Made by a program: the position numbers and the translations under genes. Positions 1 to 12,530 of a DNA stretch of 64,000 bases are shown piece by piece (within the stretch, counting starts at the first letter, position 1; every line of letters starts with the position of its first letter). The DNA lies in contig NW_024704743.1 of assembly GCF_018977255.1 (NCBI RefSeq), positions 45,696,001 through 45,760,000 of the forward strand, given 5' to 3'. The notes under the pieces are model-generated. The model worked only from the letters and a program-made list of their open reading frames with translations, was not told the origin of the DNA and did not search any database. The stretch comes from Callorhinchus milii (lineage: Eukaryota).

Positions 1-2432
1 ACCCCTCCCACCTCTCTCCCCCCAACTCCCCTCCCCCCCACTCTTTCCCCGCCACCTCCCCCTCCCCCCCACCAATCCATCACGGCTAATGGGCAGAGAG
101 CCAAGCTTCAGTCTGAACTCTGCAATGTGAAGCCCCTCTTTGCAGGGCAGACAGTGGAGCCTGACCCACATTCACAAAAGGTACTCACCATCCATAGAGA
201 TTGCAAATCTGAACCTTTGGTCTGTGATTGCAATACCCGAGGTAATTTACATCCTTAAAATGAACACTTCTAAAACCTGGTCCATTCAGCAATTAGATTT
301 TAAATACTGCCCTTTGAACTTGAATTTTCAGAAAGTAATTTAGTTTTTTGCTCAGTGCAATATGTTCCAAAGTAAACAGGTCTGGGCAACAGCCCACTTG
401 GCAAGAGACTCACATAGTCGACTGTAGGGGACCGCTGCCCTTTGGCAATGAGAACATGGAACTGCGTGAGCTGCTGTGGACTGAGGACTTTGGCACGGAT
501 ACCCTGTCAATTTCAGAGAAACTGAAGCATTGTGTGGAGCTGAGTTGTTGCAGCTACAAATGCAGCTCATGTCCATCTGCTTCCTGCTGCTGACTCACTT
601 TGACTCACTTTGAAACCTTTATTTTTAAAAAAACAAGTTCAGTCAAAAATGTTTACAGGACACAATCTCATGATATTGGCATAACAAAAGATTTTAAAAT
701 GAGGCACAAAATGGGACTTGGATCAATCTATGCTGCGCATTCCAGCTGGACTACATTTTAGAATACTACCCTGTTGTAATATAAAGGCCCCTTTAATTTC
801 AATCTATTGCAGTATGTGCTATTGCAATCAAAAAGATCTGGAGAATGACGATTGCACAATGTTTGTGCAGGATACTTTAGTTTGTTTCCATCCTCAGAGG
901 CTGAATCATTTCAGCATTGAATCTGGGAACAGAAAACTCCACACAGACCTTTTGTCATATTGTAATCAATACGCTCTTTTGGGGCAATACAGATAAAGCT
1001 CTCCATCAGGTTCAAAAAAGACTCTGAGAAGATATCCCTGCAAAACTAGGCACTTTCATAGAATCAAAGGCTTGACCAACTTTTCTGGCTCACCGGTGAG
1101 ATTTGGAGGTGTAGATCTTGAAAATCGAAGCTCTTTCAGGTAGCTGGCCAAGTTACAGTACTTTGTATTAAAACTGCATGGTTATTATTGTTAATTCTCC
1201 TGTGCTGCAGTGTCCAGTTGCTTTTAACTTTTTAGCATGGCTCACTTTAGCAGGGTGTTGTGCTAAATTTTCTAAATTTAAAAAAAATATTGTTGCATAT
1301 TAATCTGGTTTAATTTGGGATGAGGTACAAACATGACAGTACAATAAAGTCTTTGTAATAGCTCAGTTTGAGAGCCATCCTAGAGCATACAACATAAAAA
1401 AGATCAAGTTGGAACAGAACAGGAAGTAAAACCTTAATTCGTATCACAATATTGTTAATAAAAAAGACAATAGATCTTCTTTAGTTACGGCCTCGCTTTG
1501 ATCTTTGCTGAAGAGTACATGGTGTAAATCAATATGTCTTCATATTGACAGCAATTACCCAAGAATCACTTTGAGACTTTGTGAAGTTATTGTCTGTAAC
1601 ATTCATCAACTTTATTACTTTATTACATAGAGCTATTGAGGTCTAATTTATAGTAACCATAAAAAGATTTCTAGTCTGAATGAATTCAGGATGTGTCATA
1701 GACAACTCCCCGGTAGTCTGACCTTATTTCTAACTTCTGAGAAGCAATGTACAAATTGGCCACCGCATCCCCAGGTTTGCTCATTGCTAATCTTTTGTGA
1801 CTGGCACAAGATAGACCTCCTCATGTGCTAACAGCTCATTTTAGATCAGCAGAAAATAATTCCCTATGGTCTCTTGGCGAGAAATGGCTCAGTGAATAAA
1901 AGCATCAAGATATACAGATCATGAGATATCATGTTTGATTTGGATCCTGTTAAATTAGCTGATTTCAGCCAATACAGCAGTTGGGATACGACAATTGGTC
2001 ATGAACCATTCAATCTCACTATAATGCCAAAATGTCAGCAGTATTTTGATGGGATGCCAAAAGAACACAAAGATTGTGGTTCACATATAATACCATCAGG
2101 CATTAATACCAAAACTCCTTATCGGGTCATTGTCTTTGTGTTTTTTTCCATTTCTGAAGTCTGCTTGTTTTGACGACAATGTTTGTGGACAATGGAAGAC
2201 ATGGAGAAGCATGGGCATTTTAGGACTAGCATGAAGAAACGTTATGACTTGGAACTTTTCTAATTCATAAAGAGGCAGTGCCAGTAAGGAAATGATAGCT
2301 ATCAGATGGATTTTGGCTGGCGGTAAAGGCATCAGTAATATGACACTGTTGACATTCACACCAAATCTGGCAGTGTGAGAAGAAGACTCATTATTTGTAT
2401 TCAGGTCACATTCCATGGTAATCTTGCATGTT

Positions 2433-2850
2433 CCAGCTTGGCTCAGTTGTACTACTCTCGTCTCTGAGTCAGAAGGCTATGGGTTCAAATCTGGGACATG
2501 ATCTCACATAGTCTAAACTCATACTCTAATGCAGTGCTGGGAGTGTGTTCCATTGTCGGAGGTGACAGCCTTTGAATTGAGACATTAAACCAAGTTCTGT
2601 CTGCTTGTTCAGGTGGACGTTAAAGATCCCATGGCACTGTTCAAAAAGAGAAGGTATTCTATCCTGGTGTCCTGGCCAATAATCCCCCAAATAAAATTGA
2701 TTACTCACTCCGTGGCCGTTTTTGGGACATTGCTGTGCACAATTATGCTGTCGGGTTTGCCTACAACTACACAGTCACACCATTTCAATAATTCCTGTGA
2801 AGTAACGTAATAAGGTGCTATACCAAATGCAAAGATTATTATTATTATTA
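2433..2850 (+). mobile_element. Deu-domain SINE (SacSINE1/AmnSINE1-like), full length
   Basis: tRNA-like head (ggctcagttg...tctgagtcagaagg...gggttcaaatc), Deu core cattgtcggaggtg...ttaaacc...caggtggacgttaaagatcccatggcact...ggtgtcctggccaa, and the shared (ATT)n tail. Confidence 0.82.
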
Positions 2851-3213
2851 CTCTTGGCACATGGCATAAATGTCTTCAAACTGCAGTTTACGACATTACT
2901 TCTATTTGCAGCTCTACAGATTTGCGATTAGTTAAAAATGGATGTTGTACATCTGTAGTGCTGCAGCAAACCTACCACTGACACCAGTGTTTGACTGAGA
3001 CATATAGATTTGTGTGTTCTCACTAGTCTAGATATAAAGGCATGTTTATGGTCATTGTCAATGTCAGTACTTCACACATCATCATTACTTGAATATTAAC
3101 TTGCAATGGAATCCATAGAATGCATGTTGCAAAAAAATTACATTTTGAAGCAAATAGTAAATACACGATTTTAAGATACTTTAGGATGCACCTAGGATCA
3201 TAAGAAAAGATAA

Positions 3214-3770
3214 ATAATAATTCTTCCATTCACTAAAGCGCCTTTCACATGAGGAGGATGTCTCCAAGTGCTTCACAGGATTTACTATAAATGTAGTGAC
3301 TTCATTCGCAAATATGTCACCCAATTTGTACGCAGCAATGCTCTACAAAGTGGCCATGAAGTGAATGATCTATTTCATCTAAGGGATTGTTGACCAGGAC
3401 ACTAAGAGGAACTCCCTTTTCTTTTTCCATAGCACCATGGGATCTTTATCATCATATTAATAATCCTTGTTTTGATGTGGCATCTTATCATGTCATCAAG
3501 ACATCCCAAAGAGCTTCACAGTATATGCTGTAAAGTAGCATGACTGCATGCATTTTTCTGAGTGAACATAGCATTGAATTTGTGCACAGCAATGTCACAC
3601 AAACAGCCATAGAGTGAATAACCAATATTATTTGGGGGGTTGTAAGTCAGGACACTTTAGGTTAACATCTCATTGTCGACAGCACCTCCGACAATGCAGC
3701 ACACCCCCAACACTGCATTGGAGTGTAAGCATAGGCTATATGGATTCCAAATCCTGATGTGGTCTCAGGA
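3214..3770 (-). mobile_element. two tandem partial DeuSINE copies
   Basis: ccatgggatcttt and gcacctccgacaatgcagcacac core motifs; two (AAT) tails at about 3214 and 3457. Confidence 0.7.
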
Positions 3771-3789
3771 TTTGGTCCTTATTTGGGGC

Positions 3790-3999
3790 GCTGGCAGCAT
3801 TAATATTCACTGTCACCTCACCGAGCCAGTACGGAACCTTGATGTGTTGTTCGACCCTCAACTATCCTTTAAACCCCACTTCCATGCTATGACCCGTTCT
3901 GCCTTCCTCACCTATTTAACATTGCCACTTCCGCCACTCAGGCGGCCAAAACTCTCATCCATGCTTTCATCACATCCAGGCTTGACTGTGCTATCTCCC
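3790..3999 (+). mobile_element. older L2 fragment, left part (continues at 6194-6268)
   Basis: Degenerate [18 protein letters not shown]...HAFITSRLD; resumes after the young L2 as LTRLPNSSFHRLQIIQDSAAHVLS. Confidence 0.75.
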
Positions 4000-6193
4000 T
4001 GTCTCCTACTCCCGCTCCTCCCCCTGGTACACCACCCACCTCCGCTCATTGAAAAGCCAGGTGCGGGCTGCTGAACGCACCTTTGTCAAATCTGGCCTAA
4101 TGGTCCACCGACAAATCTGGCTGGACCTCCTCAAAATTTACCGCTCCACTCTAGCCTCGGCCAAGTCGTCCTTCTACTCCAGGATAATCCTGGAGGCGAA
4201 GAACAACCCCAGGCTACTGTTTTCCACCACAACCCGACTCCTCCGTCCCCCCTGCCACCCCGCGCAGGTCATCTCCTCCAACCTTCACTGCGAGGAGATG
4301 CTGGATTTCCTTGAATCCAAGATCAAGGGAATTCGCTCTGCGGTCACTTCCCCTCCAACATCCACCAACCCCCCACCCCCTCACTCCCACACTCCGACTG
4401 CTACCCATCCTCCCCTACTCACCTTTGTACCCGTTTCCCCACCCTCTGTCACCAAACTCATCCTATCCCTGAAACCAACCACCTGCTCCCTTGACCCCAT
4501 CCCCACTCCACTCCTTATCTCCCAGCTCCACTTTCTTGCCCCACATATCACCGACATCGTCAACCTGTCCCTCTCCTCTGGCTCTGTCCCCATTCCCTTA
4601 AAAACTGCCACCATCACGCCCACCCTGAAAAAACCCTCCCTTGATGCGTCGCAGCTATCAAGCTACCGGCCCATCTCCAACCTCCCCTTTCTCTCCAAGG
4701 TCCTGGAAAGAGTTGTCGCCTCCCAACTGCGCTCTTTCCTTTCCACCCATTCACTTTTCGAACCCCTTCAGTCAGGTTTCCGTGCTGCCCATAGCACAGA
4801 AACTGCCCTGGTCAAGGTCACCAATGATATCCTGACCATCTGTGACCAGGGCTCCCTCTGCCTCCTCGTCCTCCTCGACCTATCGGCAGCATTCGATACG
4901 GTCGACCACGCTATCCTACTCCACCGCTTGTCCTCCCACCTCAACCTTCAAGGCACTGTCCTTGAGTGGTTTAGGTCGTACCTTTCTCACCGTCTTCACT
5001 TTGTCTCCACAAATGGCTTCTCCTCCACCCCCCGCACTGTCTCATGTGGTGTCCCTCAGGGCTCTGTCCTCGGTCCCCTCCTCTTCACCCTCTATATGCT
5101 CCCCCTCGGTGACATCATCCGCAGACATGGAGTTAACTTCCACATGTATGCGGATGACACCCAACTCTACCTTTCCTCCTCTACTCTCAACTCCACGACC
5201 ACCGATGTCCTGACAGCTGCCTGTCCGACATCGAGTCCTGGACGAGAGACAACTTTCTTCAGCTCAACGTGCGAAAAACCGAGGCCCTCCTGATTGGCTC
5301 ACGTCAGCGCCTCCGCACCTCAGGCGCTGACACCATCAGCATCCAAGGCTGCACTCTCCACCTCTCAAAGCCAGTCAGGAACCTCGGCGTTTTGTTCGAC
5401 CCTGAGCTGTCCTTTCTCCCTCACATCCGCACCACAACTGGCACCGCCTTCCATCACCTCCGGAACATCGCCAGACTACGGCACTACCTCACCCCTCACG
5501 CTGCTGAAACCCTGGTCCACGCCTTTGTCACCTCAAGGCTGGACTATGGGAACTCTCTCCTCGCCGGCCTTCCCGCCACCTCCCTCCACAAGCTGCAGGT
5601 CATTCAGAACTCTGCAGCTCGTGTACTGTCCCGCACCAGGCTTCGGGACCACATCACTCCCACCCTCGCTCGCCTCCACTGGCTCCCCATCCCCCAGAGG
5701 ATTGATTTCAAAATCCTCATCCTCACCTCTAAGGCCATTCACGGCCTCGCTCCCTCCTACCTCTCTGACCTACTATCCCCCTACCTACCTGCCCGTACCC
5801 TCCGTTCCTCCGGCTCCGGTCTGCTCCACGTCCCCCGCCCCAACCGCCCTACCATCGGTGGTCGGGCCTTCAGCCTCTCAGCCCCAGGCTCTGGAACTCC
5901 ATCCCCCAGTGCCTTCGCCGCCTCCTCCCTTTCCTCCTTCAAGGCCGGTCTCAAAACCTTTCTCTTTGACCGAGCCTTCAGCTCCCCTCTCGACTCTCTT
6001 CCCCCTCCTCGCTCCCTCCCTTCCCTCTCCTCACCCTGACCATTTCCCCCTTCCTCGCTCCCTCCCTTCCCTCCCCTCACCCTGACCATTTCCCCCCTGC
6101 TCGGGTCCTGACCCAACTGTGCAGCGCCTTGGGACGTCCTCCTGACGTGAAAGGCGCTTTATAAATGGAATCTTGTTGTTGTTGTTGTTGTTG
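4000..6193 (+). mobile_element. young 5'-truncated L2 (LINE2) retrotransposon, ORF2 reverse transcriptase and 3' UTR with (TTG)n tail; frameshifted
   Basis: ORFs 4049-5293 and 5269-6039 contain [77 protein letters not shown]. Frameshift near 5217. 3' end aggcgctttataaat...(ttg)n. Confidence 0.95.
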
Positions 6194-6269
6194 CTCACTA
6201 GACTTCCCAACTCTTCCTTCCACAGGCTGCAGATTATTCAGGACTCTGCAGCTCATGTCCTTTCCCACA

Positions 6270-6965
6270 TTTCCTTTTCAAATACCTATCGAATTCCCTT
6301 TTGAAAGCTACTATCGAATCTGATTCCACCACCCTTTCAGGGAGGCATTCCAGATCACTGGGTAAAAAAAAATCTCCATGTCTCCCCTCTGGTTCTATTG
6401 ATAATTATCTTGAAACAGTGTCCCCTGGTTACCGACCCACCTGCCAGAGGAAACAGTTTCTCTCTATTTACTCTATCAAACCCCTCATAATTTTGAACAC
6501 CTCTATTAATTTTCTCTATTCTAAGGAGAACAACCCCAGTCTCTCTAGGCCCACTACATAATTGAAGTCCCTCATCCCTGGTATCATTCTGGTAAATCTC
6601 TTCTGCACCCTCTCCAAGACCTTGATATCCTTCCTAAAGTGTGGTGCCCAGAATTGGACACAATACTCCAGCTGAGGCCTCATCACTGACTTATAAAGGG
6701 ATAGCAGAACTTCCTTGCTTTTGTACTCTATGTCTCTGTTTATAAAGCCAAGGTTCCCATATGCTTTTTTAACAGTTAAGTCAACTTACCCTGCCATCTT
6801 CACAGACATCTGTATGCGAACCCCCTTTAAAATTGTACCATTTATTGTATATTACCCCTCATTATTCTTCCTTCCAAAATGCATCACTTCACACTTTTCT
6901 GAATTGAATTCCATCTGCCATGTGACTGCCCATTTCACCAGTCTGTCTACGTCCCCCTGCAGTCT
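6270..6965 (-). mobile_element. CR1 LINE ORF2 3' fragment
   Basis: Minus-strand CR1-type text (RPQLEYCVQFWAPHFRKDIKVLERVQKRFTRMIPG from cagctgaggcc...ccagaattggacacaatactc); homologous to 31535-32210. Confidence 0.85.
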
Positions 6966-6971
6966 GCTATG

Positions 6972-7318
6972 TGGAGTCCTATAGCTTGTTGGTTAGAGCA
7001 CTCACCTTGCAAGCGAGAGGACCTGGGTTTGATTCCCGGGCAGGGTGAAACTTTAGGCAAGTTTCCTTGCTCCACACGCCTCTGTTTATCCAGCAATAAG
7101 GAAGAACCTAATTGTTAGTCGATTGGTGGATTGCTTTTTCGGGCATAATAATCCCTTAAAAAAAATGATAATTTGGTCACTCAATCCATTATTATTTGTG
7201 GGACACACCTATGCGCAATTGCTGCTGTGTTTCACCCTCAAAATATACAGTCAATTCACTTTACAGTATAGACGTGATAAGGTGCTATATCAAATGCAAG
7301 GATTATTATTATTATTAT
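6972..7318 (+). mobile_element. tRNA-derived SINE, long form, L2-like tail with (ATT)n
   Basis: Head gtggagtcct-tagct..ggttagagcactc (A box) and gggtttgattccc (B box); 3' ctatatcaaatgcaaggattattatt. Confidence 0.88.
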
Positions 7319-10167
7319 AGACAGTTACTTAACTGTTGGATTTGTATTAGTTTCCAGGGAAATTGTCCATCTGAAGATAGACTAAGGAGGAGTGGAATTA
7401 ATCACGTTATTGTTGGTCTGACTACTCAGCATTTGAAACCTCGAATCATGTTAAAATCTGTCAGCTCTGTGCAGCGATTCAAAAGGGCATATTGGGAGAT
7501 GGATGTAGTGCTGCTGAGTATAACAGGATTTTCCACAAAACAGTGGTGCCAGTTCCATTGTTAGGATGTGAGCAACAAAGCAATGATGTGCAATTTGAAA
7601 GCCTTTGCCACACCAATTAAATTCTACTTTCAGATTTTGTGCATGTACAAACGTTATATCCCAATGTACACGGTGGCCTTTCAGTGTATTCACACAGTGT
7701 GTAAAAAAATGTGTAGTCCTGGTCTTGTAAGTAACAGAATGTTCCACTTCCAGATATTAAACTATGGAAGTCATTTCAGCATTTCAAATGTGTTATATGG
7801 TAACGTGTAGTTCTACAATAATTGATGGCCTGGAGTAAATATGCACAGGGAAGGTAAGATGCCAGCAGCTATAAAAATCAACAGCACATCACGTCTACCA
7901 TAAATCATAAAAGAATGATTGTCATCCTGGTACGGGTCCTGCGGGAAACCTATGGTCCTGTGATTGTAGTGAGGTAATGTCAGTGCAATTCTGCTCATAT
8001 TCACTGCAACAAAAAATTAGGTTATTATTTTAGTTTGAATCAATGCTAAAAATAGGGTGAAAATCCCAAACTGAGTCTTGTTGATTTGTGTTGTCATCAT
8101 ACAAATATTACCGAGTGTCTTTCAAGGCAGTGTTTCAGTCACATTTCCAGAGCAGGCCGTTCTTGGCTACCTTTCCTTGAAAGCTCGCCAAACTCATTGA
8201 TGTGGTACATCTGCCTGCACACACAAACAATTGCTCATTTGATCAGTCAGGCACGATAGTCCAAACTGTCTTCCTTTTGGACTATATAAGTGTAAATCTT
8301 TGCTGTAAAAATTTATGATTCAGGCAATATATTTGGAAAAGCATTGCAAAAATTAGATCATGGTGTGAAGGTCCATGTCTTTTCCAAATTTCCAAATAAT
8401 ACCTTGAGTTTGACCCTCAGGCAGATCTGATAACATGATCCCAGGTACTTGGTCATTCCTTTGATGATAACAGCTTTACCCAATGTAATCACAAGTGAGA
8501 TCAGAAACACAAAGTACGTAAGTTATAGAATTCGATAATAATGTGCTGACAGTGAAGAATTACACCTCAAAATTTATTTTAAAAAACAGCTTGATGTTAT
8601 TATTCTGAACGGTTGAGACCAGGCTAAGGGGCTTCTTCATCTGAAACTATCTTGTGATCGGAAGATAAACTGTGTTAGAAGTTACATTTCTCATCCTCGC
8701 ATGAGCATATTGCTATATCCGTGTTCAGTATGCTCTTTTCTGGAGACACATCCTTTGGAACCATAAAGCAGGTTGACAAGTGTTAAGATTATGACTTATT
8801 TCCCTCCATGAGACTTGCTGGACAGGACTCGGCAGGAAGCAGCTCGCTTGCCCCTCTACGAGCTAGTTGTAATTATAATCATGTTATAATTGTGTATATC
8901 AGTACAAATCATCATTGTGGACCATGCTTATGGGCCAATATGCAGGAGCAAAGCTTTGATGGTATCCGTTATACATACGTAACCAATTTTTTATCTGGAC
9001 TAAATTGCATTTTGTTCAAAGTAATTACAGTGTGACCAAAAAGTCTTATTTTTCAGCTACTCTATTATCTTTAAAAAAATAATTTCTTTAAGATTTATTA
9101 GACATTGTAATGGTATCACAACTCTTTGGTCACCCTGCACAAATCAGAGCATCAAAGCAACAGAAAGAACAAATCTTGGCTGATAAACAAATTGATGTGA
9201 TGAATAATACATGATAAAATCAAGGTGCTAAATTACAAAGCAGTCTGTTTTTTAATAGATAATTTTGTTGAAGAAATATTTATTGCTTTTCATTACAGGT
9301 GGTGGATGAAATATACAAATACCATGTATTTAATTTAACAGAGGTCCCACCTGAATACCCTTTGTGTAGGGATTAGCCCTATCAGCTCTAAACAAGTTTT
9401 ATATACATTAGCACCAGAGGGAGAAATTGGATTATGGGGTATATATCCAATAAAAACAAACAAAAAATACATTTTGAATATTGAATGAAGGTTCATACAA
9501 CATTGCCCTAGCCACACATGTTTTCCAATTGTAAGGTGGGAATTTTATGCAGAATCCAAAACAAATGATGGCTATTTGGGATGAATTTGTATTCATTACA
9601 ACAAAAGAAACCAGGCAAACTATAAATCGCCATGGTCTCTTTATATTCTGATTTCTATTCCCTTGGAAATTTTAATGTGATTATTCTGATATCTCTGTTT
9701 TTATTGCAAAGCATTGAAACTCAATCAGTTTCAAAATGATGATGACTATGTCTGAAAAAACAAACAGATTTCCAAAACATGATGAGACAGCTCATGGTTT
9801 TATTATGCAGGACAGATATTCCATCTAAATTTCAGATTTCAGTGAACACCATTTCTATGTTGGTGTTTATCATTGTCACAAAATCCCCAGAATCTTTCGG
9901 TCTAACTGAATGCTTTAATAAGTTTCATGAACTTATTGTTATTCACTTTCAAGGTAAATCATTTTCACCATAAAAATTACCATAACATGCCTTCATCTGC
10001 ATACATGGTATCTGAGATGCAAGTATTGTCCCATCTGGTAATTCTGTAATAACTGAGCATGAAATGGGGCAGGATTATGAGAACCATCAGATGTATCACA
10101 TGTGTGTCTTGCTCATTTCCCTCTTGAAACATTTTTTTATATAAAATTTTTTCCCTTAAATATCAGT

Positions 10168-10549
10168 TGTGGAGTCCTGTAGCTCAGTGATTAGAGTACT
10201 CGCCTCGCAAGCGAGAGGACCTGGGTTCGATTCCCGGGCAGGGCGAGATGTTGGGCAAATTTCCTTACTCCACATGCCTCGCTTTACCTAGAAGTAAGTA
10301 GAAACCTGGCTGTTAGTCGATTGGCGGATCGCTTTTCCAGGGGTAATAATTCCTTCAAAAAAAAATTAAAATAAAATAATAATAATTTGTTCACTCAATC
10401 CACGACTGTTTGTGGGACACTGATGTGCGCAATTGACCACCGCGTTTGGCCCACAATATAGGCAGTCAATTCACTTTACTTCTGTGAAACGCTTTGTGAC
10501 GTCTCTAAGACATTATTAGGTGCTATATCAAATGCAAGGATTATTATTA
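10168..10549 (+). mobile_element. tRNA-derived SINE, long form
   Basis: gtggagtcctgtagctcagtgattagagtactcgcctcgcaagcgagaggacctgggttcgattcccgggcagggcg head, internal segment and (ATT)n tail. Confidence 0.92.
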
Positions 10550-11699
10550 CTTCATAAGTGAGAAATCTGATCTGTTTTTCTGGAGATGATCACTCATGGC
10601 TTAAAGTGCAAATATCTGTCATGCAAATATGTCTGAATAGAGCTTCTAATGTTGATCAAGCTCTTTGTGGCTATCAAACTTCTCAGTTGATCTAATTAGC
10701 AGCTAGGACACAAAGCCTCAGCCTGCTAAAACGTTCATTTTTGGCCACTCTTCAGCCAATCAGTACTGGAAAATAAATATTCAACAGAAATAAATATCAC
10801 TCAAGGACCTAAAATTTACAAAACTAAAAATGCTCACTTTAAAGTGAAAACATAATATTATTATTATTATACAAAAAAGTGTTATTGTTACTCACTATGG
10901 TCTAGGTTGGGGATTTATGTTTCCAAACATTGCATTATAATGGGGCTTCACTTTATTATAAGAACAAGAAACACAGTCATTTTGTGTCCTGTCCTTAACA
11001 GCAGGTTTGGGACTGAACAATACTGTGCATGAAAATATTTATTTTAGAAATTTCCCAAATCTTCACATTTTATAATTACTGATCATAAGCTACTGCCATT
11101 GGTCATTTCCACGCCCCCTCCAACGTCAATGCTTGGCTCCATCTTGCACCCTCCCTCAATCCTCTCCCCCTCCTTTCCCTCTTTTAGATCACAACCGAAG
11201 ACCTTCCTCTTTGATTGTGCTTACTGTCGCCTCCGCCCACCCCCCGGCTCGGTGTCAGGCTCGCAATGTTAAGCGCTCTGAGACACTGCCCCCCATGAAG
11301 GGTGTTTTACAATTACAAGCTGTTGCTGCTTGCTTTGTTAGTTCTTGTGTGTCATCTATCATTTCCGGGCTCAGTGAGCAAGTGCGAACTTGGCCCCAGA
11401 TTTCTTTCATTCCAGTTGAAACAGCAGCTAGGATGTGTGTAATAATATCTTGGACTGATTCAATTTTCTTTTCCTTCCTCACATGCTGTCTGAGTGTGGG
11501 AATTTGCTGTGTAAAGAATTGCTAGCAAAAGCACACCTGGTACCATTCCCTGGCACAATGAGCGTATATCTTAAGAATTTTAAGTAATTCTATTTGTTTT
11601 CCTCTACATTTGGCTTGAACATTTTGGAGCAATATTATGAGCAGATAAAGAAATAAACAGTATCTGCTGGGGTTAAATCCACTTCAGATATTATCAGTT

Positions 11700-11880
11700 A
11701 TAATAATAATAATCCTTGCATTTGATATAGCGCTTTTCATGTCTTCTAGACGTCTCAAAGCGCTTTACAGAATATATTGTAAAGTGAATTGACCATATAT
11801 TTGTGGGCGAAACGCAGCAGCCAATTGCACACAGCAATGTCCCACAAACAATCGTGGACTGAAAATGACCAATTTATTAT
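11700..11880 (-). mobile_element. SINE 3' fragment (similar ones at 18667-18850, 26014-26180, 34652-34855, 58343-58497, 58527-58645, 59235-59345, 62016-62125)
   Basis: (AAT)n ccttgcatttgatatagcgc...ctcaaagcgcttcacagaatatactgtaaagtgaattgac signature. Confidence 0.85.
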
Positions 11881-12189
11881 CTTATCTTAGCTAACAATAA
11901 TAAGTGTTAAGAACTATGTATCTAGGTAAAATTCACCAATGGTAAATGACAAATACTGTCATGATTGTATTTCGCCACTGAAAATAGCATTAAGCCCCCC
12001 CTCCCCCTCCAGATATCTTGTGACTTCTCATGTCAATTGGCACTGATTCATGAAGCAATGACATAGATGATATTAAAAGATTGCAAAACTCCATTTTTAA
12101 AAAAATACTGGTGTGGAGGAAGCATTCTCTGATCATCAATAAATTTACCAATCTTGGCAGGTGTTTCTTGTTTTCCAATAATCAGTACT

Positions 12190-12530
12190 TTCAGCACTCT
12201 GGTAGTATAAATTTATGGGTGTCCAATTTAAGAAAAATTATTTTAGGAAGATGTCAACAGATTAATACAGGATGAAGGGATTTAACCTTGTTGAGAAGCT
12301 GGATAAACATCTATTATATTCCCTAGATCTGTGGAGGATGAGGGGTGATCTTATTGAGGTATTCAGTTTATTAAAGAGAATTGAGAAGCTTGATATTGGA
12401 TGACTTCACTTTTGAATAGTGATCAAATTCAAGAGGAAATAATCTTACAATTAGAGATAAACAGATTAAAAGCGAGCTTGAACATTTCTTCACGCATTTA
12501 GTTGTTCTTAAAAGAACTTATCAGATACTG
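12190..12530 (+). mobile_element. highly decayed CR1 fragment
   Basis: ggaggatgaggggtgatcttattgaggtattc (RRMRGDLIEVF-like motif). Confidence 0.55.

Noticed and set aside
590..613. Tandem TGACTCA (AP-1) sites in an 11-bp duplication
   Set aside because: A short local duplication with no other support for function.
5294..6085. 263-aa Pro/Ser-rich ORF
   Set aside because: Alternative frame of the C-rich L2 ORF2.
10168..10248. tRNA gene (A and B boxes, cloverleaf-like)
   Set aside because: It is the head of a multi-copy SINE, continuous with the SINE body and tail, and copies are mutually diverged.
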